64,000 bases of DNA. Origin: Waterburya sp. GTDB taxonomy: Bacteria; Cyanobacteriota; Cyanobacteriia; Cyanobacteriales; Xenococcaceae. Positions 1 through 9,535 of this stretch are shown one piece after another (position 1 is the first letter of the stretch; each line of letters begins with the position of its first letter). The stretch lies in assembly GCA_965217895.1 (NCBI GenBank), contig CBDCJV010000002.1, positions 4,352,001 through 4,416,000 of the forward strand, read 5' to 3'. Both the position numbers and the translations under genes were made by a program. A model generated the notes under the pieces. The model worked only from the letters and a program-made list of their open reading frames with translations. It searched no databases and was not told where the DNA came from.

Positions 1-111
1 GTCTTGGTAGCTAGTTGGGATGCTGTCTGTTGAGAATTAGCCAAATTGGTGTAGGCAGAAATTGCCATAATACTAGCTAGCAATACCAGTAATTAATAAA
101 TATCTTCTCAT
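1..111 (-). pseudogene. 5' end of a probable secreted-protein gene, apparently frameshifted by a 4-bp CTAG duplication (runs off window)
   Basis: ATG at 111 reads MRRYLLITGIAS-stop. Deleting one CTAG of CTAGCTAG (73-80) gives the signal-peptide-like MRRYLLITGIASIMAISAYTNLANSQQ..., open to the window edge. Confidence 0.35.
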
Positions 112-168
112 CTATAGTTTAGTATTTTTGCATCAGGTTGTTTTACATCGAGATTATCTTGCCTGACT

Positions 169-3168
169 TTACTGATTAGTGTTTACATTCTCTAAAGGGC
201 GGATAATAGCTTTAGGATCGCTTTTGCCGTTAAAGATTGTTTCAATAGCTTTATCCAAAGTCTCTGCCATCACGATTTGATTATCGTAAACAACAATTAC
301 TCTTGCCAAAGTAGGTAAACTATTTTCTTCTGCCTCAATATATAAAGGCTCAACGTACAGCAAGGACTGATCGATGGGAATAATTAAAAGATTTCCTTGG
401 ATTGCCCTCGATCCTTGCCGATTCCAGAGGGATATTTGTTGAGAAATCACGGGATCTTGGTTGATTAAAGCCTCTATTTGATTTGGTCCGTAAATTAGCT
501 TTTGCTTAGGAAATTTGTAGAGTAAGAGTTTGCCATATTCTGCACCGTCGGATCTGGCTGCTAACCAAGCAATTAAATTAGGACGACTAGTAGGAGTGTA
601 AGGATGCAGTAAAATAAATTCTTCTTGGGTGGCGGTGGGTAGCCTCATAATTAGGTAATAAGGTGCTACCGCCTGGGATTTCGTGCCATAAATTTCTTTA
701 GGAATTTGCCACTGATCCTCTCGGTTGTAAAATACCTGGGGATCTGTCATGTGATAGGTAAGCAGCCTTTCTGACTGGATACTAAATAAATCTTCAGGGT
801 AGCGGATGTGTCGGCGCAATTCTAAAGGCATCGCCGAAAGAGGTTTAAATAGCTGAGGAAAAACCTTGTCCCAAGTTTGAATTATCGGATCTGTAGGGTC
901 AGCAATATAGAAATCTGTCTTGCCATTATAAGCATCCACAACAACTTTAACGGAGTTACGGAGATAGTTAAAACTATTTTTGCCTGGATCGGAATAAGGA
1001 TAGCGATCGCTGGTAGTATAAGCATCAATGATCCAGTAAAGATAATCCCGATTATTAGTTTGATCATCGGGTTTGGCAGCGACTAAATAAGGATCTTGGT
1101 CATAATTGAGAAATGGGGCGATTTCTTTGACTCTTTGTCTGATATTGCGTCGAAATAGTAGTTTAGTATCAGCAGTAAAGTTTTGGGCAAACAACATCTG
1201 CCAATCTTTGAGATACTCGGCAAACAATACCCGTTGGAAATAGTTGCCAATCTTAATTCCGCCTGTACCCTGATAAACTGTGTAAACATTTTCTTCGCCA
1301 CTAGGAAAATCTAATTCTTGAACCTTAGTCGAAGTCATAACATAAGGATTGGTCAATTCACCGTAATAAATGCGGGGTTTACCAATGGGTATACTTTGGC
1401 GAATTACCTCATCAGATACCGTTAAAGTGCCTGATTCTTGGCTACCTGTACCAATATCTTTGATGTAGTAGTAGGGCAAACCTCCTGCTGCTACGCGATT
1501 AACGGGAGACAAAGTAAAACCATAGCCATGAGTGTAAATTAGATGTTCATTAACCCAGGTTTTAGCGATCTCTAAAACTTGACGATAATCTAGCTCTCTA
1601 GCTGCAATAATTACCTGCTGTTTGTAGGCTGCCGCATCGTTTTTACTTAGTAAATAGCGATCAATGTCCGCATTATAAAATTGATAATAAGGACGAATCT
1701 GCTGGAGTTGACGGTTAGTTTGCAGGATGGGACGAGTATCCCATAGACGAATATTTTTAATCGTCGAATCGTTATCCCGTATATCTTGAGCAGTTAATTG
1801 ACCTTGAGGATTAAAGGTCTGTGCCTCTATATTATCTAAATTAAAAGCCCTGCGAGTCATCTTAATACTACGTTGAATATAAGGTCGTTCCTTGACTAAC
1901 TCATTAGGTTGAACTACCAAACGCTGCACTGTAGAACTCAAAACACTACTAAAGGAATAAATTAATAGATAAGCTGCAAAAGGTAAAACCAAAAAAATAA
2001 TTCGTTTAAATTTGCGCCGTTGAATCTGGAGATTTTGATAGCCAGTCCAGCCTTTATAAAACAACCAAACAGCAGCAATAAGAGATACAGCAGTCAAACA
2101 TATTTCAATAGGTAGCTGAACTTTGATATTGGTATACCCTGCACCAAAAACCACCCCGCGAGAGCTATAGAGTAGATCGTAGCGATTGAGCCAGTGTTGC
2201 CAAGCCAAGGCAATCATTACTACTCCACCTAAAAAAGAGAGATGACGCAGTTGAATTTTGGCAAAACCAGGAAAGCGACCTTCAGATAAACTATTGCCTG
2301 ATAGTAAATAAAATAAGGCACAAGATATCAAAGCAAAACAGGATAAGCCAATTGACCAAGATTCTACTAACTGCCACAAAGGTAAGCGAAAAATATAAAA
2401 ACTAATATCTTGATTAAATTGTGGATCGCTAAAATCGAAGTTAGATAAATTTAAAAAGCGCAAAAATATTGCCCACTTACCCGCAGCAATCAAGCCAAAA
2501 ATCAGACTAATTAAAATAGCGATCGCTCTTAAGCTAGCTTGAGGTTTCCACAACAGCAGGGTGACAAAGATAACAACTATTGTTAACTGCCGTAAATAGC
2601 TTAAAAGAAAGCCCGTAACATTAGCCAAATTAAAGGCATCTAAAGGGGGTTTTAAGGTAGCAGCAATTTGTGGTAAATGATAACTGGTCTGCCATACAGC
2701 CAAAGCAGATTGAGCGTAGTTTAAAATAATGCAGGTAATGCCAACGGCAAGAGCGATCGCTGCAAATAATAATAAAGGTAATTTTAAACGAGGAGAATAA
2801 GTTTTTTTGTCTGGATAACGTCTTGCAGGTACTTGTTTTCCCCAGCTAACTTTATCAGCCTCTGGTAAAACTAATTTTTGTTGAGGAGTATAGGGAATAC
2901 CCGCATCATACCAATCATCTTTTGGTAGCCACTGCCATTGCCAACGATTTGCTAGCCGAAGATTAAGCCATAAAAATAGTATGGAACTACTGGTGACTAA
3001 AAAGCAAAGTAGATATTGACTTAGGCGACGAATTAAAAAAGTTGCCAGATAATCTACTTCCCTAAACCAAAGAATTTCGGCAAACAACCGTGACGACAAC
3101 TCAAATATTAGCCACAAGCCGAGAATAATTGCGATCGCTCCTAATACTGATTTATAAAGCTGTTTCAT
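169..3168 (-). CDS. UPF0182 family membrane protein
   Basis: About 1000 aa with a multi-TM N-half. Motifs GAGYTN, NIRLWD, YTHGYG, PRIYYGE, DAYTTS..YPYS, NYLRNSVKVVVDAYNG, LLYVEPLY. ATG at 3168 preferred to TTG at 3189. Confidence 0.92.
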   Translation of the reverse strand: MKQLYKSVLGAIAIILGLWLIFELSSRLFAEILWFREVDYLATFLIRRLSQYLLCFLVTSSSILFLWLNLRLANRWQWQWLPKDDWYDAGIPYTPQQKLVLPEADKVSWGKQVPARRYPDKKTYSPRLKLPLLLFAAIALAVGITCIILNYAQSALAVWQTSYHLPQIAATLKPPLDAFNLANVTGFLLSYLRQLTIVVIFVTLLLWKPQASLRAIAILISLIFGLIAAGKWAIFLRFLNLSNFDFSDPQFNQDISFYIFRLPLWQLVESWSIGLSCFALISCALFYLLSGNSLSEGRFPGFAKIQLRHLSFLGGVVMIALAWQHWLNRYDLLYSSRGVVFGAGYTNIKVQLPIEICLTAVSLIAAVWLFYKGWTGYQNLQIQRRKFKRIIFLVLPFAAYLLIYSFSSVLSSTVQRLVVQPNELVKERPYIQRSIKMTRRAFNLDNIEAQTFNPQGQLTAQDIRDNDSTIKNIRLWDTRPILQTNRQLQQIRPYYQFYNADIDRYLLSKNDAAAYKQQVIIAARELDYRQVLEIAKTWVNEHLIYTHGYGFTLSPVNRVAAGGLPYYYIKDIGTGSQESGTLTVSDEVIRQSIPIGKPRIYYGELTNPYVMTSTKVQELDFPSGEENVYTVYQGTGGIKIGNYFQRVLFAEYLKDWQMLFAQNFTADTKLLFRRNIRQRVKEIAPFLNYDQDPYLVAAKPDDQTNNRDYLYWIIDAYTTSDRYPYSDPGKNSFNYLRNSVKVVVDAYNGKTDFYIADPTDPIIQTWDKVFPQLFKPLSAMPLELRRHIRYPEDLFSIQSERLLTYHMTDPQVFYNREDQWQIPKEIYGTKSQAVAPYYLIMRLPTATQEEFILLHPYTPTSRPNLIAWLAARSDGAEYGKLLLYKFPKQKLIYGPNQIEALINQDPVISQQISLWNRQGSRAIQGNLLIIPIDQSLLYVEPLYIEAEENSLPTLARVIVVYDNQIVMAETLDKAIETIFNGKSDPKAIIRPLENVNTNQ

Positions 3169-3263
3169 AGAATTATTAACAGTTGACAATGACTGAGTAT
3201 CATTATTTAAAAATCAATCTGGGTTTGCTGGTAATTGCAACCCTTATCGCATTTAGTTCAGTA

Positions 3264-3456
3264 ACTGATATTACGCAGCATGGGGTCATGGAGTAGTGAA
3301 TAAGGAGTATAGAAGATAGGGTCGATCTTTGGAGTGGTGGAGTGATGGTGGAGATAGAGGAGTAATTACCTCAAACACCTCACCACCACAAATACCTCAT
3401 TACCCCAAACACCCCACTACCCAGTCTTCACAGATCGATAAATGCGTAACATCAGT
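3264..3456. mobile_element. MITE-like element with 14-bp TIRs and 5-bp TSD
   Basis: TIR ACTGATATTACGCA (3264-3277) / TGCGTAACATCAGT (3443-3456), 1 mismatch. CAGTA directly repeated at 3259-3263 and 3457-3461. Interior has purine-rich then pyrimidine-rich arms. Confidence 0.8.
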
Positions 3457-3613
3457 CAGTAAGGGTTGATATTGTCATAAAACAATTTTATTGTATGACT
3501 TAAGAGCTAGTTTATTGAGTATTTTTTGACTCCACTGGTTTACTTCTTATAGATGTTTTGGTCAAGGCTGAGTCTGTAGAATTGAATTTGTAAAGGTTAT
3601 TAAAGGAAAAAGC

Positions 3614-3838
3614 ATGAGTGACTATACTCCCGTAAGCTGCGAACTATACGATCGCCTAGAAGCTACAGCAACACTAAAAAAAGAATGTCATTTAACTTAT
3701 TTGAATGAAAACAATCAACTCAATGAAGTACGCGGTCAGATAGTAGATGTGTACGCTGCTGACGGTGCCGATTGGTGTAAGTTAAACGATGATACAATAA
3801 TTCGTCTCGATAAGATTGAAGAGTTTGAACAAAACTAG
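3614..3838 (+). CDS. Rof/YaeO-like (Rho-binding antiterminator family) small protein
   Basis: 74 aa. Y-x-P-[VI]-x-C-x-x-YD-x-LE N-terminus and IRLDKI C-terminus resemble E. coli Rof. AAAGGA RBS upstream. Confidence 0.7.
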   Translation: MSDYTPVSCELYDRLEATATLKKECHLTYLNENNQLNEVRGQIVDVYAADGADWCKLNDDTIIRLDKIEEFEQN

Positions 3839-3972
3839 ACTTTTTTGATCGGCGAGCGCTACTTATTACTCTTAACCTAATTGCGCTGGGCGCACTGCAT
3901 TTGTCAGTTAATTCGTTGTTTAATATTTAATGAAGGTGAAAAAAAACCAAATTAATAATTAACAATTAGCAA

Positions 3973-4704
3973 ATGACAAATCTCAGCGTCAACTTAAATA
4001 AAGTGGCATTAATTAGAAATACTCGTAATATTGGTATTCCCAGTATTACGAAAATGGCACAAATATGTATTGATGCTGGTGCTAAAGGAATTACGGTTCA
4101 CCCTCGTCCAGACCAAAGGCACATTCGACCAGGGGATGTTTATGATTTGCTAGATGTAGTAACTCCCGTAGAATTTAATATTGAAGGGAATCCTTTGGAG
4201 GTTTCTTTTATGGAGATTGTCCGTAAAGTTAAGCCGACACAATGTACTCTTGTTCCTGATACTCCTGACACCTTTACTTCTGATAGCGGTTGGGATCTAA
4301 CTAAAGATAAAGAGCGATTAATGCCAATCATTAAAGAGTTACAGAGTCTGGGGAGTCGAGTTAGTTTGTTCATGGATGCAGATATTGAGCAAATTAGTCT
4401 TGTCCCTGCCACTGGTGCAGAGCGAATTGAACTCTATACTGAACCTTACGCTACGGCATATCGAGAAAATAAAGATTTAGAAGCCACTTGGCAACAGTTT
4501 GCCGATGCAGCACAAAAAGCGCAAGAGTTAGGTTTGGGAGTAAATGCAGGACACGACCTTAACCTAGATAATTTGGCTAAATTCTGCACCATCCCTGGCA
4601 TCTTAGAAGTATCTATCGGTCATGCTTTGACTGCCGAAGCTTTGGAAATGGGTTTTGCTCAAACGGTTAAAAAATATATCAAGATTTTGGCTCAATCTGC
4701 TTAG
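3973..4704 (+). CDS. pdxJ: pyridoxine 5'-phosphate synthase
   Basis: GITVHPRPDQRHI, NIEG, RVSLF, IELYT, NAGHDL, EVSIGHAL motifs. Confidence 0.95.
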   Translation: MTNLSVNLNKVALIRNTRNIGIPSITKMAQICIDAGAKGITVHPRPDQRHIRPGDVYDLLDVVTPVEFNIEGNPLEVSFMEIVRKVKPTQCTLVPDTPDTFTSDSGWDLTKDKERLMPIIKELQSLGSRVSLFMDADIEQISLVPATGAERIELYTEPYATAYRENKDLEATWQQFADAAQKAQELGLGVNAGHDLNLDNLAKFCTIPGILEVSIGHALTAEALEMGFAQTVKKYIKILAQSA

Positions 4705-4770
4705 GACATTTGTTTCTTGTTGGGATAGCTTTAAGCCTTAATACTAAGTGATACTAAATCCGATTGATTA

Positions 4771-5988
4771 ATGTACAAAGAAGACAAAATTAAAGTAAGT
4801 CAAAAGTTGCATCGTCAACCAAAAAATTCTCAGGATCATAGTTGGCGATTTTGGGCAACCGTACCAATTTACCCTTATAGCAAACGGCGCACTATCTGTA
4901 AAGAAGTACTTAAAGATACTATCTGGACTTTTGACCAACTCCAAGGCATTTTTTATGTAGTTGTCCCCATTCGCATGACCATCATTAAGCTAAAATCTGG
5001 TGGACTATTAGTATACGCACCTGTCGCTCCTACCCCTGAATGTATTCGCCTTGTTCGAGAATTGGTGGCACGCCATGGAGACGTTAAATATATTATCTTG
5101 CCCACCATTTCAGGTCTAGAACATAAATACGTTGTTGGCCCTTTTGCCCGTAAGTTTCCCCAGGCTACAGTATATGTTGCTCCAAAGCAATGGAGTTTTC
5201 CTGTCGATCTGCCCTTAAGCTGGCTGGGTTTTCCTGGTAAACGGACTAAGGTATTGCCCCAAGACAGTAGCCAAACTCCTTTTAGTGATGAATTTGATTA
5301 CGCAATTTTAGGAGATATTGATTTAAGGTTGGGTCAATTTGCCGAAGTTGCTTTTTTACATAAGCGATCGCAAACTCTTTTGGTCACAGACTCGATTGTT
5401 TCTATCCCCGCAAAGCCTCCCGAAATTATTGAGCAGGATCTTTATCCTTTGCTGTTTCATGCCAGAGACAGTGCCACCGAAGCAATATCTGATACTCAAG
5501 GCAACCGTATCCGAGGTTGGCAAAGAATCTGTTTATTTGCCATGTATTTTCGCTCTAGTGTTCTAGATATACCCAGTGTTTTTAAAACGCTTAAAGATGC
5601 AGGGCGATCGCCAAATAAGTCGGCACAAGCATATTGGGGACTGTATCCTTTTCAATGGCAACTCAACTGGGAAGAGGCATTTGAGACTTTACGCAATGAT
5701 GGTCGCCCTCTGGTTGCGCCGATTTTACAAACGCTAATTCTCAATCGCGCTCCGATTGAAACTTTAGCCTGGGCAGATGCGATCGCGCTGTGGAATTTCA
5801 CTCAAATTATTCCCTGTCATTTTGCTGCCCCAGTTAACATCACTCCTCAAGAATTTCGCCAAGCATTTTCTTTTTTAGAATCCAATCTTGCTAATTCTTC
5901 TCGGTTTCCTGAGACTGACCTACAAACCTTGAAAAATATTGATGCTTTACTATACAAGCCAGGTATTATTCCCCCTCCTAAAATTTAG
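4771..5988 (+). CDS. DUF4336 family protein (metallo-beta-lactamase-like fold)
   Basis: VPIRMT..KL..GGL.VYAPVAPT, LEHK, EVAF.H..S.TLLVTD, IIPCHF motifs typical of cyanobacterial DUF4336. Confidence 0.8.
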   Translation: MYKEDKIKVSQKLHRQPKNSQDHSWRFWATVPIYPYSKRRTICKEVLKDTIWTFDQLQGIFYVVVPIRMTIIKLKSGGLLVYAPVAPTPECIRLVRELVARHGDVKYIILPTISGLEHKYVVGPFARKFPQATVYVAPKQWSFPVDLPLSWLGFPGKRTKVLPQDSSQTPFSDEFDYAILGDIDLRLGQFAEVAFLHKRSQTLLVTDSIVSIPAKPPEIIEQDLYPLLFHARDSATEAISDTQGNRIRGWQRICLFAMYFRSSVLDIPSVFKTLKDAGRSPNKSAQAYWGLYPFQWQLNWEEAFETLRNDGRPLVAPILQTLILNRAPIETLAWADAIALWNFTQIIPCHFAAPVNITPQEFRQAFSFLESNLANSSRFPETDLQTLKNIDALLYKPGIIPPPKI

Positions 5989-6115
5989 CTAGGTTAACCG
6001 TTAACAATAAATAAGCTTTAAAGTCGATTGAGTTAAGAATTTTAAACATCAGCCAAATTTATCTGAGTTATCACCATCGAAATTAAAACTTAAATAACAA
6101 CTTTATTATGCTATG

Positions 6116-6147
6116 AAAAGACCTTGTTTCTGATTACGAGGTCTTTT
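6116..6147 (+). terminator. intrinsic terminator-like hairpin
   Basis: AAAAGACCTTG-loop-CGAGGTCTTTT downstream of the DUF4336 gene. Confidence 0.55.
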
Positions 6148-6370
6148 ATCGTCAAAAATATTAAATCAACTGCTAAAATCTTGCCCAGACTCGCCTTTTT
6201 AACTAATGCACGCCTAAAATAAATAGTTTAATTCGCGGATGTTGAGTGTATGGTAATGTTATAAGCCAGTTTGAAGAAATAGATTGACAATCTAGCATTT
6301 GGTTATTTTCCAAAAAAAAAGTAACAATTAAGTCAAGAGAGATCTTTTTTATCTACAGTAGCTACATAAT

Positions 6371-7699
6371 ATGATAACCATTGAAGAAGCTTTGCATTTA
6401 GTTGATAATGCCGTTAATCCTGAAAGGCTAAACTCTGTACAAGAGCTTATTTTAACTCAATGTTGGTCTGGCAAAACTTATCAAGAAATTGCTAATTCTT
6501 CAGGATATGACCCTGACTATATTAGGGTAGTTGGTTCTAGACTTTGGCAGCTTCTATCAGATTCTTTTGGAGAAAAGATTACTAAAAATAACTTTCGCTC
6601 AATTTTAAGACAGCAGGTTGGCAAGGTAGAAGAGAAAGACAGCACCAAAGGATATATTACAGCTTTAGAGTTACCTGAAACTCCTATTCCTCTAGATTCT
6701 GCCCTATATGTTCAGCGTCCTCCTACAGAGGAGCAAGCTTATGAAGAAATTGTCAAACCAGGAGCCTTAATTAGAATTAAAGCTGCTAAACATATGGGAA
6801 AAACTTCTCTGGTGATGAGGATTTTGGCTCAGGCACAGTCTCGTGGTTATCATACCGTTAGATTAAATTTTTTACAGGCAGAAGATAGTGTAATTAGCAA
6901 TTTAGAACGTTTATTGCGTTGGTTTTGTGCCAATATTAGCCTTCAGCTAGGTGTAGAATCTAGGCTCAATGATTATTGGGACGAGGATTTAGGTTTTAAA
7001 GTTAGCTGTACTACCTACCTACAGGGATATATTTTAGGTCAACTAGACAGCCCTTTGGTCGTTACTTTAGATGAAGTTCACCGTCTTTTCCGCTATCCTC
7101 AAGTTGCTCAGGAATTTTTGCCTTTATTACGCTTTTGGCACGAAGAGGCTAATAATGTCCCTGTGTGGCAAAGATTTCGCCTGATTGTTACCCATTCTAC
7201 CGAAATTTGTGTTTCTCTCAATCTCAATCAATCACCCTTCAACGTTGGTTTAGCTCTTAAGCTGAGTGATTTTAATTGGGAACAGGTACAAGAATTAGCC
7301 AAACGCTACAGTTTAGATAGCATTAATCCTCCTTTGCTTCCAGAACAACTTAAGTCTCTAAGACAAATTGTGGATGGTCATCCCTATTTACTCAACTTGG
7401 CTTTTTGCCATTTGGTGACTCAAAATAACAATATAGAGCAACTAATTGCAGAAGCTACAACCGATACAGGAATTTATCGAGGTCATTTGCGAAGTCATTT
7501 AGCTGCTTTGGGAAAACATCCTGAATTAGCTAAAGCTTATAAACAGGTAGTTCAATCTGATGAAGCGGTAATCTTAAACCCAATTACTGCTTATGAGTTA
7601 GAAAGTATGGGTTTAGTAAAGTTAAAGGGAAATGAAACCACGCCTCTATGTGAATTGTATCGTCTTTACTTTCGCGATCGCCTTCAAGATATTTTCTAG
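6371..7699 (+). CDS. AAA-like (AAA_35) ATPase with N-terminal HTH-like domain
   Basis: N-terminal W.GKTYQEIA..GY...YIR..G..LW..LS. YVQRPP, Walker A-like KHMGKTS, Walker B TLDEV, SPFNVG, GHPYL. Confidence 0.85.
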   Translation: MITIEEALHLVDNAVNPERLNSVQELILTQCWSGKTYQEIANSSGYDPDYIRVVGSRLWQLLSDSFGEKITKNNFRSILRQQVGKVEEKDSTKGYITALELPETPIPLDSALYVQRPPTEEQAYEEIVKPGALIRIKAAKHMGKTSLVMRILAQAQSRGYHTVRLNFLQAEDSVISNLERLLRWFCANISLQLGVESRLNDYWDEDLGFKVSCTTYLQGYILGQLDSPLVVTLDEVHRLFRYPQVAQEFLPLLRFWHEEANNVPVWQRFRLIVTHSTEICVSLNLNQSPFNVGLALKLSDFNWEQVQELAKRYSLDSINPPLLPEQLKSLRQIVDGHPYLLNLAFCHLVTQNNNIEQLIAEATTDTGIYRGHLRSHLAALGKHPELAKAYKQVVQSDEAVILNPITAYELESMGLVKLKGNETTPLCELYRLYFRDRLQDIF

Positions 7700-7810
7700 G
7701 CTATGGCTAACGTTAAAATGTTAGTGTAATTAATTTGCGTCAAAATTTGGCTAAACTAGGGAAAAGTGTTCTGTAGCTAACGAACTGCTGCCCTAATCTA
7801 GTTTGTTTTT

Positions 7811-9151
7811 ATGAATAATCAAACCTACGAAGTTGCGATCATCGGTGGTGGTATTTGTGGCACAGCTTTGCTATATACCCTAAGCAACTATACCAATATT
7901 AAGAATATTGCTTTAATCGAAAAAGAATCTGATATTGCTTTAGTTAATTCTTATACTAATAGTAATAGCCAAACTCTCCACTTCGGTGATATTGAAACTA
8001 ACTATACTTTAGCCAAAGCTAAGAATGTTAATGCTGGAGCTAGCTTAGTTAAAAACTATTTATTGAAAAACGATCGCCAGCAGGATATTTATACTAAATA
8101 TCATAAAATGGTCTTAGGAGTTGGTCTAGATCAGTGCCAAAAATTAAGAGATAGATATCAAGAATTTAAACAACTTTTTCCTAATTTAAGATTGTTAAAT
8201 CAGGCAGATATAGCAGCTAAAGAACCAAAAGTTTTGGAAAGCAGGTCTACAGAAGAAGAGATTATAGCTCTATTTACCGATGAAGGTTATACAGTAGACT
8301 TTAATCTTTTGGCTCGCTCTTTTGTAGCCAATTCTCAGCCCAAACCAGATAAGAATATTAGCCTATTGTTAAATACTAAAGTCAAGCAAATAACTAAGAA
8401 AAACGAGCTATATCAAATCAAAATTGCCGATAAAGTCATTCAAGCAAAAACTGTTGCCATAGCAGCAGGGGCGCATAGTCTATTATTTGCCAAATCCTTG
8501 GGCTATGGTCTAAATTACGCTTTGCTTAGTGTGGCGGGAAGTTTTTACTTTGCGCCTGGAGTACTTAACGGTAAAGTATACACTGTACAGCGTCAAAAGC
8601 TTCCCTTTGCCGCAATTCACGGCGATCCTGAAGTCCATAATAGCGCGATCGCTCGTTTTGGACCAACAGCCAAAGTATTGCCGCTATTAGAACGCCATAA
8701 TTACTCTAGCATACTGGAATATTTTCAAACCGCAGGCTTAAGTATGAAGGCAGCGATTAGCTTTTTAAAAATCTTAGCCGATCCAATTATTCTTAACTAT
8801 ATTGCCCTCAATTTTATTTATGATTTTCCTGTTATTGGCAAAAGACTATTTATTAAGGAAGTAAAGAAAATAATTCCTGCGATCGAGCTAAATGATCTTA
8901 GTTATGCTAAAGGTTATGGTGGCGTTAGACCACAGGTAGTAAATCTTAATACTCAAGCATTAGAAATGGGAGAAGCCAAAATTATTGGCGATAAAATTAT
9001 TTTTAACATTACTCCTTCCCCTGGAGCTTCTACCTGTTTGCAAAACGCTTTAGAAGATACAGCTAGAATAGTTGACTTTTTAGCTGAAGGTTACCAGTTC
9101 GATCGCCAACAGTTTTTAATAGACTTAGCTTCTAACCCAGCGATCGCTTAA
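7811..9151 (+). CDS. mqo: FAD-dependent oxidoreductase, probable malate:quinone oxidoreductase (Helicobacter/Campylobacter-like type)
   Basis: GGGICG FAD motif, NSQTLHFGDIETNYT, GKVYTVQ..LPFAAIHGDP, RFGPTA, GGVRPQ, FNITPSPGASTCL. Confidence 0.75.
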   Translation: MNNQTYEVAIIGGGICGTALLYTLSNYTNIKNIALIEKESDIALVNSYTNSNSQTLHFGDIETNYTLAKAKNVNAGASLVKNYLLKNDRQQDIYTKYHKMVLGVGLDQCQKLRDRYQEFKQLFPNLRLLNQADIAAKEPKVLESRSTEEEIIALFTDEGYTVDFNLLARSFVANSQPKPDKNISLLLNTKVKQITKKNELYQIKIADKVIQAKTVAIAAGAHSLLFAKSLGYGLNYALLSVAGSFYFAPGVLNGKVYTVQRQKLPFAAIHGDPEVHNSAIARFGPTAKVLPLLERHNYSSILEYFQTAGLSMKAAISFLKILADPIILNYIALNFIYDFPVIGKRLFIKEVKKIIPAIELNDLSYAKGYGGVRPQVVNLNTQALEMGEAKIIGDKIIFNITPSPGASTCLQNALEDTARIVDFLAEGYQFDRQQFLIDLASNPAIA

Positions 9152-9290
9152 ATGCTAATCTTAAGCATAAACTTCAGATATAAAAAAAACTCAGTATTTT
9201 TATTCAATAAATATGTTATTATTATTACAATATAAACCTTAATTTGTTTGCAACTCTCTGAAACTATTAAGGGGAATTAAGGATGTGACA

Positions 9291-9347
9291 ATGATAGAAA
9301 ATGATCTGTCATATCAAGCTTTAATTCTATTCCCTCATTTAATTTGA
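9291..9347 (+). CDS. candidate 18-aa small ORF (MIENDLSYQALILFPHLI)
   Basis: AAGGA 7 nt upstream of the ATG. Followed directly by a terminator. Too short for the ORF track. Confidence 0.25.
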   Translation: MIENDLSYQALILFPHLI

Positions 9348-9352
9348 CCTCG

Positions 9353-9392
9353 CAATGAGGGTAGATAATTTAATCTAGCCTCGTTGTTTTTT
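9353..9392 (+). terminator. Rho-independent terminator
   Basis: CAATGAGG-G-TAGAT / ATCTA-G-CCTCGTTG stem followed by TTTTTT. Confidence 0.65.
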
Positions 9393-9535
9393 GCCAATAT
9401 TTATTTAAGCTAAATTAAACCTAGTTTTCTATCTATTTGATTGGGCTGAACTAATTTAGCCAACTTTATATAGCTCAAGATCTCCAACGCCATGATTGAA
9501 TATAAAAGGCAGAAAACTAAGTATTTATAAATTTA

